Shown here one piece after another: positions 23,338-36,388 of a DNA stretch of 64,000 nucleotides. The notes under the pieces are model-generated. The model searched no databases and was not told the DNA's origin. It saw nothing but the letters and a program-made list of their open reading frames with translations. Position 1 is the first letter of the stretch. Each line of letters starts with the position of its first letter. The DNA lies in contig JAQGDQ010000524.1 in the NCBI GenBank assembly GCA_030141605.1, positions 62,001 to 126,000 of the forward strand, given 5' to 3'. A program made the position numbers and the translations under genes. Source of the DNA: Tubiluchus corallicola (lineage: Eukaryota; Animalia; Priapulida).

Positions 23338-24525
23338 TGTGATGATCGGTTATACCATCCATCATTGTCGCAACACCTATTTTGATATATCTTTCATATG
23401 TTGTTGTGTGTGCATAAATAATGATCTAATTACTTTATTGATTTATTGCACTGTTTATTTAAATTTATATTACATTGTGTGTTTTTGTAAGATTTTGACA
23501 CCAGATGGCTCTGGCCGCTTATTTCTCTGCTTACCTGTAATTAGGTTACCTGAAAATTCGAATACCAAATGGCTTCAACCTGTTTTGGGATCTTACTACA
23601 GAGTTTGTGTTTTACACTAGTTATGTTCTGACTGTCGAAGTTACAGGGTGGTGGAGTTTTGCTGGTTAGTCCACATCCTGAGGTTATTTTATATGGCTGA
23701 ACACCAAGTTTGGTGTGAACCTGTCTTTAATGGTACTCGTATGCAGTGAGATGATTTGTCACAAAGACAATGGTTTTGTCTACTTTTGTTTACTCGTTGT
23801 TTGCTGTGATGGCACTGTCTTGACATTCCAAGAAGCAAGTGTTTGGTAATCATATTTCCACCTGGAGAATAGGACTCAAATTCTCGCTCAATAGTAGTGG
23901 AAAACCAGTCGAGGACCAGTTCTACCTGGACCAATGGTCTGTCTGTTCGTCTGAACTAAAGGTTCTGTTTGTCACCCTGCAAAAGGACGACATCTGGCTT
24001 TATCACTGGAAGGCTGAGGCAACCAGGTACGAGTTCAATTGCTGGATTGCTGGAGCAGTTTTAAAGCGTGGTCCATGCAGAGGCTGGATTGGTGACCATT
24101 GGCAAAGAGTTGCTGGCAAGGACGTGGCTGACTGCTGGAGATGAAAAGCCGATGTGGTAAGGTTGGAGACTCAAGAGCGTGGTTGATAGATCCAAAAGCC
24201 TGATGAGAGACAGAAGCGTAGCCGGCCAACGTTACTTTTGGGGGAATTAGGTATTGTTGGAAATTGTTATCAATTTAATTTGCTATTGTTGTTTCACTGA
24301 TTAAATTCTAAATCTAAATATTAGCTTTTAGTTCCGTTTTCGTTCTGATTAAATAATTTGCACGTGCACACAAGTGTTTCACCAGTGACACGGATTCACG
24401 TAGCCTACACAAATGAATGATTATCCTGTAGATTTAGCATATAAAAGTGACGGAAACGCTCGAGAACTCTGAACACAGTACTCTGATTTCTTAACATCCT
24501 GATTTAATTATTACACAGCGTCACA
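23338..24525 (+). repeat. 3' LTR
   Basis: TGTGATG...CGTCACA terminal inverted repeat; ~99% identical to the 5' LTR by eye. Confidence 0.92.
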
Positions 24526-24682
24526 ACAGCAAAAGACTGCTCATAAGAGAGTTCTACAGGACATTCACGGAACCAACGTCCGGTTATTTCATTGACCTGA
24601 AAGTTCTTTCTCCCGAGAACTTAGAACGGGAACTATTTCATTTCAACAAAGTGGAACTTCTAGTTCCTTTTTTTCGCAGAGA

Positions 24683-24865
24683 AACTGGGTATTAAAATAA
24701 GTTCTTTTCCAAATAGAACTTAACTCCAAACTAGAACAAAATGTTTGTTCTTGAGGCCAATAAAAAAGTAAAGAAACTGGGTACTAAAATAAGTTCTTTT
24801 CCAAATAGAACTTAACTCCAAACTAGAACAAAATGTTTGTTCTTGAGGCCAATAAAAAAGTAAAA
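24683..24865. repeat. Tandem duplication, ~92 bp x2
   Basis: AACTGGGTA(T/C)TAAAATAAGTTCTTTTCCAAATAGAAC...GAGGCCAATAAAAAAGTAAA twice. Confidence 0.85.
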
Positions 24866-27389
24866 TTGGTTATTTTCAGGAATGCTTAAGAAATTTCATT
24901 TACCATGAATCATACGATATGTAACGGACAGAAAATAATGCAGTGAATGGAAACTGAACTAAATTCCTTTTGGTGCACAGAAACTTGAACTTTTCTTTCC
25001 GAAAAATTTAGAGGAAGTTGGGGATTTGAATTATTTCATTTTGCAAGAAGCTTGGAGGAATTTGGAGATGGAATGTGTTCTCTTTCTTGCCAGAATCAGT
25101 GAATGATGTTTTAGGAATTAGTTCCACTTCCGTGTTCTTTGGCAAGAAAAGGAACAAATTGCATTTCCAAATTCCTCCAAAATTCTTGCAAAATGAAATA
25201 ATTTAAACTCCCAAGTTTCTCAAACATTTTAGGAAAAAACTTTTCATATTCTTCCTTCTGCTCATTTCATTATTTCAAAAATTCTAAGATTGTGAGTTTA
25301 TTGTAAGAAATTGTTAGTGAAGAACGAATCTTAAATTTGATCACAAAATCAGGGATTTGGGTTATTAAAATTGAAGAATTTACAACTCTGATAATTACCA
25401 CTGCAAAGCAGAGGTAATATTTTAAATTTTCTCTGCTAGACCGAAATCTGTTTGTTGGCAAATCTGTGCTTAACAATAACTTGGAAAAGCATAAGACAAA
25501 GACGAGGCGTGAAGCCATGTGAGGATAAAATCTTACGTTTTCGAAAGTCATTGATGCTGATTTTCTTTCTCAAATGCAAGATCCTTTCTTCACTAACAAT
25601 TTCTGACAATAAACTCACAATCTCAGAATTCCTGAAATCCTGAAGTGAACAAAAGGAAGAAAAGGAAGTGTTTATCTTCTAAAAAGTTATGTAACTTGCT
25701 CCTTTTCTTGCCAGAGAACACGGAATTGGAACTAATTCCCAAAATATCAGTTACTGATGCAGATTTTCTTATCAAATGCAGAATCCTTTCTTCAATGACA
25801 CATTTGGTGGCAAAAAACCAAAAATCAGATATGACGAAAAGAGTTGAACATCAGTAAAAAAAACGCAATGACTCGAAGCTTTGTTTTCAAGCAGTCAAAT
25901 TTTATGCACATTATAATATTTCATTGTTAGAAAAATAAAGTATGAATGAAATAGTACAATAAACAAACAAACAAAGAGGCCAAAACAGAGATGACGAGGA
26001 TACTATTACAACAATAACAATAAGATTCTTAAGCTGTCACAAACAATACAAGCATATTGGCAATCAATATAATCGATAAAGTGTTAAATCGATAAAGAGA
26101 TGTTGCATACAAAAGTCTAGAAAACTTTACAAAACCAGATCATACAAAAGTGGGTTACAAATTACAATCATCTGGGCAAGTTTATACTGTATCTTATTTA
26201 TAGTAATTTATATTGCATATCAATTTATACTGTAATTTATCTGTACTGCGCAGACGTAGTACAGATAAACAGAGAATATCGTAATCTCATTTTGTAAAGG
26301 AATTTGAACCATTTAACAAAAACTATAACAGATCTTTTAATGTTTTTTGGTCGCGAAGGTATTTGTATTGACATTAATGCTTTTGCTGTTATTTGGAACA
26401 TCATTTTTATGAGTATTTGATTGTAAAACGAAAACCATTTTTGGTTTTCAAGCTGTTTTTAAGTTTCTATTGTTTTTATTAGCATTACAAACAATGAAAA
26501 ATCTCAACAATATAACGGCATTGATAACATTTACAGTCAAAGCCAGTTTACGTTGCTGTAAGGAAACTTCTAATAACATGTTTGAATGGCAACTCAGCAA
26601 ACAGTTGCGCTGGTATTATTCTGTGCCAGATTTAGGGGTTGGGCCCTCCCTCGCACAGTAACTGTTACAACACGCCAAATTAATATGTTCTCTGAATTAT
26701 AAGCATTAGAACGATTTCCCAGATCCTAAAGTGCCTTATATCTGTAAAGAGCATATATCACAAGAAAACAGATGAAAGTTATGTACATCATGTATTGCTG
26801 TATGTGTATATCAATATATAGGTATGTATTTTTGAGTCAAAGATGAGATGACACGTTTTATAAACTAGTGAGCTTCCTTGAAAAAGTGGCTTCTAGAAGG
26901 CAGAAAAGTGGTCTGAAATGCAGCAAAATGTATTGTTGTCCGGGTGGACCTCGCTGGGGAGCTTACATTGTTATCCCAGACCCCTAACTGATTTTCTGTT
27001 AGGCCATCCAGGTTGTTCTGATACTTGTATCCGCCCCTGTTATTGTAGATATTTCACACGATTTATTGAAATGTTTGACTGCATGTCTTAGCACGCCTTT
27101 CTACACTGACGTTTATTGTCAAACAATTTAGAAACCCACATACAAGCAACGCTATAACTAACTACTCCTCGAGTTTCCTAATGCTTCTGCATTGTTTGAC
27201 ATTGGACGTCACTGTAACATACATGCAGACACATGAAGTCAATATCACAAACACTTGTGTAAGAATAGACACAATAATGAGAATGACAAAGCCAGTGATC
27301 AGCCTGATTAATCTCTAATTAACAGCAAAAATTAGCAAGTTTAGCAGTGTAGTTAGTGATATTGAACGAAAGTAACAGCTAGGCATATA

Positions 27390-27840
27390 CAGGGTTACCA
27401 TATTGTCAGAGTTGAAAAAGAGGACACGGGTACTTGGCCTTCATTTCATCTGTAAACGCACACTGTCGTTTCGGCATTGCTACTTTCTAATTAACTTTTA
27501 CCAGTTGCTCAAAACTGCAAAACAGCGAAAGTATACAAATTTAAAAAAATTCACATAAAAACAAACAAAATGGCTCCTGGACATCATTTTAAGTCGTTAG
27601 CGAATACGCCGAGTATCGACAGCGAGTCATGTGACCCATAGTGATGTGCGCATCGCTTACTTTTGTTCAGTAAATATGTACACAAAGCTTTTACAAGGGT
27701 TGCATTTTGAGATGTTAGCAACATCTTGTATTGAAAATTAACAAGCCTTTCTTTGTCTCATACTGTCGTACGCCTCTGCAGTTGGCAACGTCCGTACATA
27801 CTTACGGAATGAGGCAAAACCCGGACGTATGGTAACCCTA
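27390..27840. mobile_element. hAT-type MITE
   Basis: CAGGGTTACCATA ... TATGGTAACCCTA TIRs; degenerate 8 bp flanks GGCATATA / CGTATATA. Confidence 0.7.
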
Positions 27841-28142
27841 CGTATATATATATGCCACATATATAGACTTGCAATTTTGGTGGCACTGCTACCATGATTT
27901 CAAAGCACTTTTCTATTTTCCTCTCTTCCTACAAGTTAACAGGTTCAAGAAATAGTGCAACTGTTTATGAACCAACAAACACGATTGCCTACTAATCATT
28001 GTTTAGAAAGATATAAATAATAGCTATGAAAGAAATACAACGATTTTATCACGTCTGCTATATACATGTTATTTCCGTGCTATTGCTTATATTGATCATT
28101 TTTCAGTACTTATTTTATACATAGTTTAGGTAGACTTCTTAA

Positions 28143-28739
28143 CCCTCATAGGGTCACGATTTTTTACAACCGATTTTGGTAACTGGGGGGGGGGGGTTAA
28201 AAATTACCCCCAGACCAGTTTTTTGCATTTTACCCTTTTACCATACGCATCCCAGTAAACCCTTTCTATGACTTTTTCTAAACATGTTTTGTGCACAAAA
28301 TACTTTCAGTTATTTATTTTATTCGCATTGTCTCACCACGAAATAAAAGTGAAAATGCAATAAGTCGACTTTTTCAAATTGTCGAAACTTTACTTCGCTT
28401 GTCTATACATTATACGGGCGATGTATCTGATAAAACAAAATGTCAGTTACTCAAATTACTCCACCTAAAAGAAGAAAGTAGTAGACAATAAATTCAAAAT
28501 AACAATGATTTTGCACACGCGCTTACTACAGTTATTCCTGCATAGATAAGGGAACATAACTAAGTGAATTTAAATTTCGTATTACTAGTAAGTCACATGT
28601 CTCTAAGCAGAGGTATAATGCATCCTATGGTGGTCAGCATAACCACAAATTATGCTGTTGATGTTTACTAATGAAACACGGCAGTTTATCAAAAGTAATT
28701 TAACAAAATCGGTTGTAAAAAATCGTGACCACATAAGGG
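28143..28739. mobile_element. piggyBac-type MITE, family C, copy 2
   Basis: TTAA|CCCTCATAGGGTCACGATTTTTTACAACCGATTTTG ... CAAAATCGGTTGTAAAAAATCGTGACCACATAAGGG|TTAA. Confidence 0.85.
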
Positions 28740-28757
28740 TTAAAGCAACACATGCTC

Positions 28758-31700
28758 CTATATCGGGGGAACACAAGAACTTTGACCATCAACAAAAAGC
28801 TGTTGTAGAACGTTATTGTTATTGGAATCATCTGCTTTTTCTGTCTTTGGTATAACGTCTGTGGAAGGTTTTCTTGCCTTTCCTTTTGGCCAACCGCCAC
28901 GATGCTTTTTCCTCCTGCTTGGCGAGAGAAATGGAGATTCTCTTCTCAAGCGATCCTTCGTCAACTGAGCTTTGGTTTTTGTTTTCGGAATTTTCGGTTT
29001 TGCTATGAGACCCGTCGCAAGCGTGGTTTGTCTAGGACGTTTTCTGGGAGATGGTACAAGCCGAGGGCCGGGGAAGCCGCCAGTCGTCAAACGACTAGAG
29101 CGCCTTGTCTGGACGACATTGGCTTCAGATGACTGTGGTGCAGGAAGCGAAGATGGACGAGGTTTTCGGGGTTTGCCTTTTGGCCATCCACCTTTTCTTT
29201 TTGCCACCGCTGAAACTGGATTTAAGGACCGAGATTCGGGATGTAATGAGGGCATTTGCACTTCTTCTGCAGCTGAACTGGCAACATTATCAACACTTGT
29301 GGTTCTGATGGGTTCGGGATGAAGCGCATTGACATTTTCTTCAGGTTTTTTCACACCTACATATCCAGATGTGTAATTCACAATCTCACCTGTATCTGTT
29401 TCATCTTGTTGGCTATTACATATGATAGTTTTAATTGTTGTACTGACATCACAACTTTCGATAGAACTACCTCTGCACACAGAGCTTGGGTGACAGCCCT
29501 GTTTTGTTGCATCCAAATTCGTTTTTTTCTCTGGACAAGAAGGAAGGTTTTGGTCAGTGTTACGAAGATCGAGAGATTTTCCTAGTATTTTGGAACCCGC
29601 AGAGGCAATTGTGGCACTGATAACCGTCACCTTACGCTTCAGGGGGATGCCATTTTTGACAGGCTCTGACGTCCCGTCCGTGAAAGACGTCTCTTTGCTA
29701 TCACAGTCATCGCGTACGTGCTTTCGTAAGCTCGCAGAATAATGAAAGAATCTTCCACAGTGGGGACACGTGTGCTGATCCTTCACTTGCTTTTCAACCT
29801 GGGCTTTTAACTCTTCCACAGAATGCTCGTTTCGGTGCGGACACGTCTTCAAGTGCTTCTCCAAGTAGGATATGTAACTAAAACTTTTATCACAGGCCTT
29901 GCATTTGTGAATGTCAATGCAGTCGTCTTCAAGACGGGCTAGTTTATGCTGTCCTTTTACTGGCTTTTCAGTCCTAGCAACCTCGACTCTTGTTTTCTCG
30001 TTTGATGGAGTAACAGTTGTCGGCTTTTGCATAGAAAACTGTCTCTGTTTTCTTCTTCTTTTGCTTAGTAATCTACGGCGAGTAAACGGCAATGTTTTTG
30101 ACTGCCACCCGCGAGGATTTTGTGCCAGATTTAAATTCTGCTGAGCATCATCTGCGCACTCATAGACGATGTGCGAGTGAAAGTCGGACAAATTAGGAAA
30201 GACGCGGCTGCACTTCGTGCAGGAAAAATCTTCTCTTGTGTTGCCCAGGATGTTGTTGGCTAACGCATCGTCGTTTAACAGCCCAACAGGGCTCACGAAC
30301 CGGCAGAGCTGGGACGTGACCACGAAGTCATAGTCCGTAAAATCTATGTTGGGATGTGAACTTACCTGATGTTTTACCAATGAGCGATCGTCTTTAAGGT
30401 CCTTGAGACAGACGAAGCAGGTGTTTGAATTGCGGCACCTTTCGAAGTCTCCATTGATCATATTTCTAACTGGAGCAGGCAGCGCGGCCACATGTCCCCG
30501 AGAAAAACCACGAGACGAGGGGGCTGTCAAATCCAAGGGCAGATCATTCGCAATTAGAAATTCTCTAGCATAACTGATGTTGGCCGAAGGGTCAACGCGG
30601 TCAGTAACTTCAATGTCATGCTTTCCCAGCAAGTGCTGAGAGTATAAGGCATGATTTCGAAAGAGAACTCTACAAACGGGACACTGATATATCTGAGCTG
30701 TAGCAATGCCGCACTTCATCGCGGGAATTCTGTGCGGAGCAGGTTGTGAAACTACTGCCTTAATATCGTAGCATTGTTCCGTTTCCGTTTGCTCAGAAAC
30801 CTCTTTCTTTACTGTCGCACAAGGTAGGGCAAAATTGTACTTTTCTAAACTAATCTCGTCGCATGCACTTGTCGTGGTTTCGTCCTTCACCGCAGCTGAC
30901 AGCGCCGCCATTTTCTGAATCTGATCAACTTTTCCGTCGAGGAAATAGGTCAGATTATCACATATGTTTTCGGCGATGTTGATCAAAAATGACGTGTCGA
31001 TGTTGTTGATGCCAACTGCGCTGCCGGCCGGACTATTATGAGGTTTAAAATAACGTTCGTGCCTCAAACGACGATGCCTACACATGTTTGCGTAGTGCTC
31101 GAATGTCTTACTGCATATGGAGCAGACGTATTTCACTTTGGAAGTCCTATCGTCCGGCAGCAGTTCCGCATTCGCGTCACTAGCACTTTCCGAAGTGACA
31201 CCTTTTGCACTTTCGTGGCTCTGGAGATGTTCGTTTAGCGAGGCTTTTGACGGGAAATACTTCAAGCACTGCGGACACGGGTGAAACTTGTCGCTGTGCA
31301 AATTCCGAATGTGCTTCTTCAGGTCTCCACTTTGGCTAAACCTGGACTTGCAATGGGAACAGTAATACGGCTTGACGCCCTCATGAATTCGCTCGTGCCG
31401 TCGCTGATTGGTGCTCGTAGGAAACCTCTTCGAACAGTACTTGCAGGAGTACGGCTTCGCTCCGGAATGGACGGACATGTGTCGCACGAGGTTCGGCATG
31501 TGTGCGAAGGTCATCGGACAGCTCGAACACACGTAAGACTTGTCAGCAGCAATGGACCTGTGATGGCTACAATGTTCTTTCAGTTCACCGACGCCGGGAA
31601 ACTGCATAGCGCAAATGTGACAGCAGTATAAATCGATCGGCGCATTTTTTAATGTGCAAAATCTTTTGCCAATTTTAGTTCTTTCAATGTTTTTGAAATG

Positions 31701-32287
31701 ATTTTGAACGTTTACGTTAATTCCGCAGTTCTGCACATCCTGCTGAGACAAGTAGTCGTAATTCAGGTGCATTCGAAGGTAATGTCTCTTTAGGCTGAAA
31801 GCGTGGCGATAAATACCCGAGCAGACATCGCATCGGTACAGCGTAGTTCCGGATTTACCTTTAACACGAAAGACGGGTTTCACCTCGAACTGATATTCAT
31901 ATTGTGGAAGTGCACAATGTTTTGCAGCAGGTTTTGGTTGCTCAACCTTGCGTTCGTAAACCGTGCTTCCTTTTTTCGCATCATCGTTGAAACATGTTTG
32001 AGTTCTTCGGCTGTCATTTTTATCCGTATTATCCGCTTTTTCACTCACGTTGCACGTAGATATCACATCTTCTTCGCGTGTTTTGCTCTTTTCGCAGTCA
32101 ATTTCACAACATTTATCACCATTTTCACGTGATGTCGACAGCAACAATGACGAGTCGGTTGATGAGTTATCGCAGTTGGTTGACATCACAGTATGAGACG
32201 CATCGTCATTGTTACACCTGCTGGCGTTGTTGTGATTCGTTTCGTTATTTTCGCGTCTATGAGTTTGTCTCTTTGCGATTTTGTTCG
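28758..32287 (-). CDS. PRDM2: PRDM2-like PR/SET zinc-finger protein, large terminal exon (C2H2 fingers, two GGWPKGK basic motifs)
   Basis: Acceptor CTTTTTGTTTCAG at 32288. The phase-1 frame is open into the 1143-aa ORF, which has a linked finger array (SGAKPY, EGVKPY) and dispersed fingers. The symbol rests on PR-domain resemblance only. Confidence 0.85.
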
Positions 32288-32530
32288 CTGAAACAAAAAG
32301 GTGAATTAGCAGTCAAGATATTTCTTAAGTGGATGTGGTAGTTAAAACTAGAGTTCTAGCAATACACCTAGGTGACTGTACTAAACATACCATTGTACTA
32401 ACATCACGATATACCTGAGTCAACATTTGCAGGTTTTATCACTAAAAAACTAGATGAAGCCATTGATGATAATTGCTAAATGTATTTTATCAATCCAAAG
32501 TTTCAGGATTAATAAGTGTTAAAATAGCTA

Positions 32531-32993
32531 CAGTCAACCTCGGGTATAAAGTACTTGCTTATAAGGGACCACCAACACCGGTCCTGATTTTTCCTAACGT
32601 TTTTCCTTATAAAAATCTTCTTATATAAAGTACTTGGATATAAGGATCATTCGATTATAAGGGGCGATATCTTCAGGTCCCGCGAAATAGAAACCCAGGT
32701 AAATTATCTCGCTATGATCAAATATTTTTTGCATTATAAAAAGCCTATGCCGAGACCCCGTGCGGGCCCGACTGTATTCCTTTGGACTACGGTCGGATCT
32801 GGTGGCTGTGATGATGTGGGTAACTAGATGAAAATATGAAAAAGAAAAAGTCGCTAAAGCGAAACAGATCGATTTTTAACCACAATTTTTCGCAAACTCG
32901 GTGTTCGAACAACTCCGTTTCCGCAACTCAACTTCGGCTATAAGGGGCAATTATTTCCGGTCCGGAGGTGTCCCTTATATCCGAGGTTGACTA
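32531..32993. mobile_element. Tc1/mariner-pogo MITE
   Basis: TA|CAGTCAACCTCGGGTATAA ... TTATATCCGAGGTTGACTA|TA. Confidence 0.75.
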
Positions 32994-33416
32994 TAGATTA
33001 ACTGTTTGATTTTTATTTATTACTTGTGTAAAGTGTAGGCTATTGTTGGCGTTGTAAGCTACAAGAAAAGCAAAACGTATCAGGGTTTAAAAGTTGATTG
33101 TACATGTCCTGGTTCACTTTTGCCATTTCACACGTCTTTTTCTAAACAACACAATTAGCCTACTACAGATTAAACACCTTGTATTTTGAACCACTTTGGC
33201 TGCTTAGCAGTGCCTGTGTTAAGTAAACTACAGCAACTTGAATTACTTTACTTTGAATTACTTCACATCGTCAGCATATGGCCAAGCGCGCAATAATTCG
33301 CTAACTATCACCGAATCAGATTATCGCAATACGGGCGCACCTTGCCGATAAACACATCGCCATGAATGATATGATGATGCATCCATATGTTAATGCATTG
33401 TTACAAACCTACTTAA

Positions 33417-34357
33417 GGCTGCCAGGCCATAGAAACTCATGCTTCATGCCTCACGCTCATGCTTCACGTCTAAATGCGTGAGTGGAAAAATGAACAAACG
33501 TAATCTTATTTGCGGTGGGCCATAGACCTCCGCTCACGCCTCACACTTCAAGCTTCACGACTCATGCGTGAAGCTAGAAGTGAACATGTTCACTTTTTCG
33601 AGACGTGAGTCCGGGGGCAGACTGGATATCAGAGTGTTTTTTGACTGCAAGGACTATTCATTTCACGATCAGAGTTAGAACTGGACATTGTGACCTAAAC
33701 CTTTTCAAATTTTTCATTTTCGGTTTTTGTTTTTATTATATGGTCATGTCAGTATATCTGAAAAACATAAAATAATTAAATTTTACCCTTCAAAAACATT
33801 TTGGAATTTTTGTGTGGCCTTTCTTTTTTATCGGGGGGGGGGTGTTTAGATCTACTTTTTTATGTGGTCATGTCAGTGCATGCTTATCTGACAAACATAC
33901 TTTGACTAGTAATTACCACCTGAGAGTTATGATGAGTTTTTGTTCTGCTTCGATTGGCCTCCTCCAATTTGAATAGCGTGGCTTCAGATGTCCTAGCACG
34001 AGGGACTTTAATGTACTGTAAGTCTTGTACGACATCCTTGTATAATTATGAAATAGTTCTTCATCAGGATTGTCCACGAGGTGTTGAAACGTCCGCTGAA
34101 ATTCTCCTCTGGATTCTCTGAGCAAAAAATGCTCCCGGCACCATATTCTCCATCTCTTTCGCTTCCTTCTTCTGAGACACAACAAGATCAAGAAATCTTC
34201 CTCGTCAGATGATTCCATTTTGAATGCGCAACGCAGACTCGTGTGTGAAGCGTGAGAGCATGAGCCCCTATGGCCCAGTGGGCCATGAAGCATGAAGCAT
34301 GAAGTATGAAGTATGAAGCGTGAGGCATGAAGCATGAGTTTCTATGGCCTGGCAGCT
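33417..34357 (-). mobile_element. PIF/Harbinger deletion derivative retaining the transposase first exon
   Basis: ~39 bp TIRs GCTGCCAGGCCATAGAAACTCATGCTTCATGCCTCACGC with TAA/TTA-like flanks. ORF MESSDEED..RWRIWCREHFLLRESRGEF..FHNYTRMS..RRPIEAEQKLIITLR (34218-33920) is typical of the N-terminus of HARBI1-type transposases. Confidence 0.85.
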
Positions 34358-34863
34358 GTAAGCTGTTGCTATAACAACCACATTAGTACTACATGAAATT
34401 GTCTCTAAGGCTTGGCTTTCACTAAGTAGTGTTTAAATGAGGGAGAAAACACTAGCAAGTCAGGTAGATACCGGCAAGAAAGGTAGGTGGTTTCAAGCAA
34501 ACAGAAAGAAATTAACCAGTAGAAATATGAATGAAACTCATAAAATGTTTTAATTTACATGATTTAAGCAGTATTAATGCATTGATTTTTAATTCTGGAA
34601 GTATCTCAATTCGTCTACATTCCTAGCTTCCTATGGAAGTTTTGGTTTCACTTAACGATGTATCGCTTAACGCCGTTTCGTTTAATGACGTTTCGCTTAA
34701 CGTCGCATTTTGCGGGAAAGCATATGAGTCGTTAAGCGAAGACTTACTGTATTTAACAAAGTGTGAACAATTAGAAAATACATAAAAATGCTACGCGTGC
34801 ATCTATCTCAAGCACAGAAAAGTAATTACGTTTCAATATTCGGCGAACGATCTCAATGTTTAC

Positions 34864-34951
34864 CTGGTTTGCTGGACTTTTTCGACTTTCTTCTTGGCTT
34901 CAAATCAGGTTTTACAAACCACGTGAGAAGTTCTTCTCCCAGATGTATATC
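34864..34951 (-). CDS. PRDM2: PRDM2-like gene, exon 4 (end of PR domain)
   Basis: TTCCAG|DIHLGEELLTWFVKPDLKPRRKSKKSSKP-G|GTAAAC; phase 0 to phase 1, joins exon 5 in frame. Confidence 0.9.
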
Positions 34952-35147
34952 CTGGAATTTTGACAACGAAATAGTAAATAATACTGCAAACAATGTTGAA
35001 GAAGTAACGATAATTAAATCCTACGAATACAAACGGAACATTGTTACACTTGGAAAGTACTTTTAAGAAAGCCTATCATAGGCTTCGCATATATTGTCAC
35101 ATTTTTAGTCTAATGTCGCAGTGAGACTAGCACCTTTTTTCGTCAAG

Positions 35148-35466
35148 TAACTCGCAAGTGTGTTCAGACTAGAGAGCAGAACTTCTTGTGAGTTACTCAC
35201 TGACAGTAAGTGTGAGCTGACACTCACTCCTATGTTCGCCGCGAGAAGTGTCGAGAGTAACTCGCAAGCATGTTCAGACTAGCGAGCAGAACTTCTTGTG
35301 AGTTACTCACTGACAGTAAGCGCGAGCTGACACTCACTTCTCTGTTCACCGTGATAAGTGTCGAGAGTAAGTCCTCCCCCGTGAACAGTAAAAAAGTCCT
35401 CCTCCGAGAACAGTAAAAAAGTCCTCCCCCGAGAACAGTAAAAAAAGCCCTCCCCTGAGAACTGTA
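35148..35466. repeat. Intronic tandem repeats (~111 bp x2, then ~26 bp x4)
   Basis: GTAACTCGCAAG..TGTTCAGACTAG duplicated; GTCCTCCCCCGAGAACAGTAAAAAA repeated. Confidence 0.8.
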
Positions 35467-35503
35467 AATATAAATTGGCTCGTTAATTGATAAGTTATTA
35501 TAC

Positions 35504-35662
35504 CTTAATGGCTTTGTAGTAGATCTCCTGTTCCTTCTGTGTCGAGACTAAGTTCTGCTCTTCAAAGTATCGAGCACAGTTTACGTGTCGAAGCCAGTTT
35601 GCGTGAACTGCATCCGTGGCATCCAGGTAATAAAGGAATCTCTTGGTATTGTCATCTACGAC
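35504..35662 (-). CDS. PRDM2: PRDM2-like gene, exon 3 (PR domain core)
   Basis: VVDDNTKRFLYYLDATDAVHANWLRHVNCARYFEEQNLVSTQKEQEIYYKAIK|GTATAA; 159 nt; DAT..NWLR.VN.A...EEQNL...IYYK is the PR-domain signature. Confidence 0.9.
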
Positions 35663-35727
35663 CTCAAAATGAGACAGAAAAAAATATAGCAGCTTCAGTT
35701 ATTACACAAAATGTACGCTTCTTAATG

Positions 35728-36388
35728 GTAAAGGGGCACCTGAAGTACGTTTCAGAAAAATCACATAAAAATTATATTACATTAAAGCAATTTTATGCGC
35801 ATATCGTACTCGTGTTAAAAGGAATTTTGTTTGTTTTCATTTCCCGCAATACTGTTCCGACGGCGCCATTACATGACGTCATATAAGCACAACGTAAACC
35901 AAGGGAAGAAAAGGAAATGTTAAATTATGTCCCAAAAAACTTTCCATGCAAATCTATATTACCTAGCATTTTGCTTACCTGCTTGAAAGACTTAGGTAAC
36001 TTGAAAAGAAAATTATTAATTATAATGTTTTCACCAAATGGTAAAATGTCATTGCTTCGCCTCCAGGGTGCACCACTCGCTAACCAAAAAAACGCATTTT
36101 TAATCTTATTGACAAGAAGCAGTAATTTAATATTTTACTTAGTTAGTAACATGTGTGCTACGAATGCTTTCATTATTTTTCACACAACGTTATTGAAACT
36201 TTATTCAAATGACTTATCATCAAAACTGCTATGCCTAACGGTCATCGCTGGACATGAATTTACAAGTTTTACACAGTGTTACTACCGATGCAAGACCTGC
36301 ATGCAAAAAGGCAGCATGTAAGTGGCGCAAAATTTTAAGACAAATTTTTTATGCTTTATGTAAGTGAAGGGTTTTCTTGTATTTTTAA
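35728..36388 (+). mobile_element. Family B (Kolobok-like) element, copy 2
   Basis: Homologous to 8068-8737. Confidence 0.7.

Larger units (their letters stand above)
16420..24525 (+). mobile_element. Full-length Gmr1-like Ty3/gypsy LTR retrotransposon
   Basis: Two ~1.19 kb LTRs, PBS, PPT and a single gag-pol ORF with domain order Gag-PR-IN-RT-RH. Confidence 0.93.
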
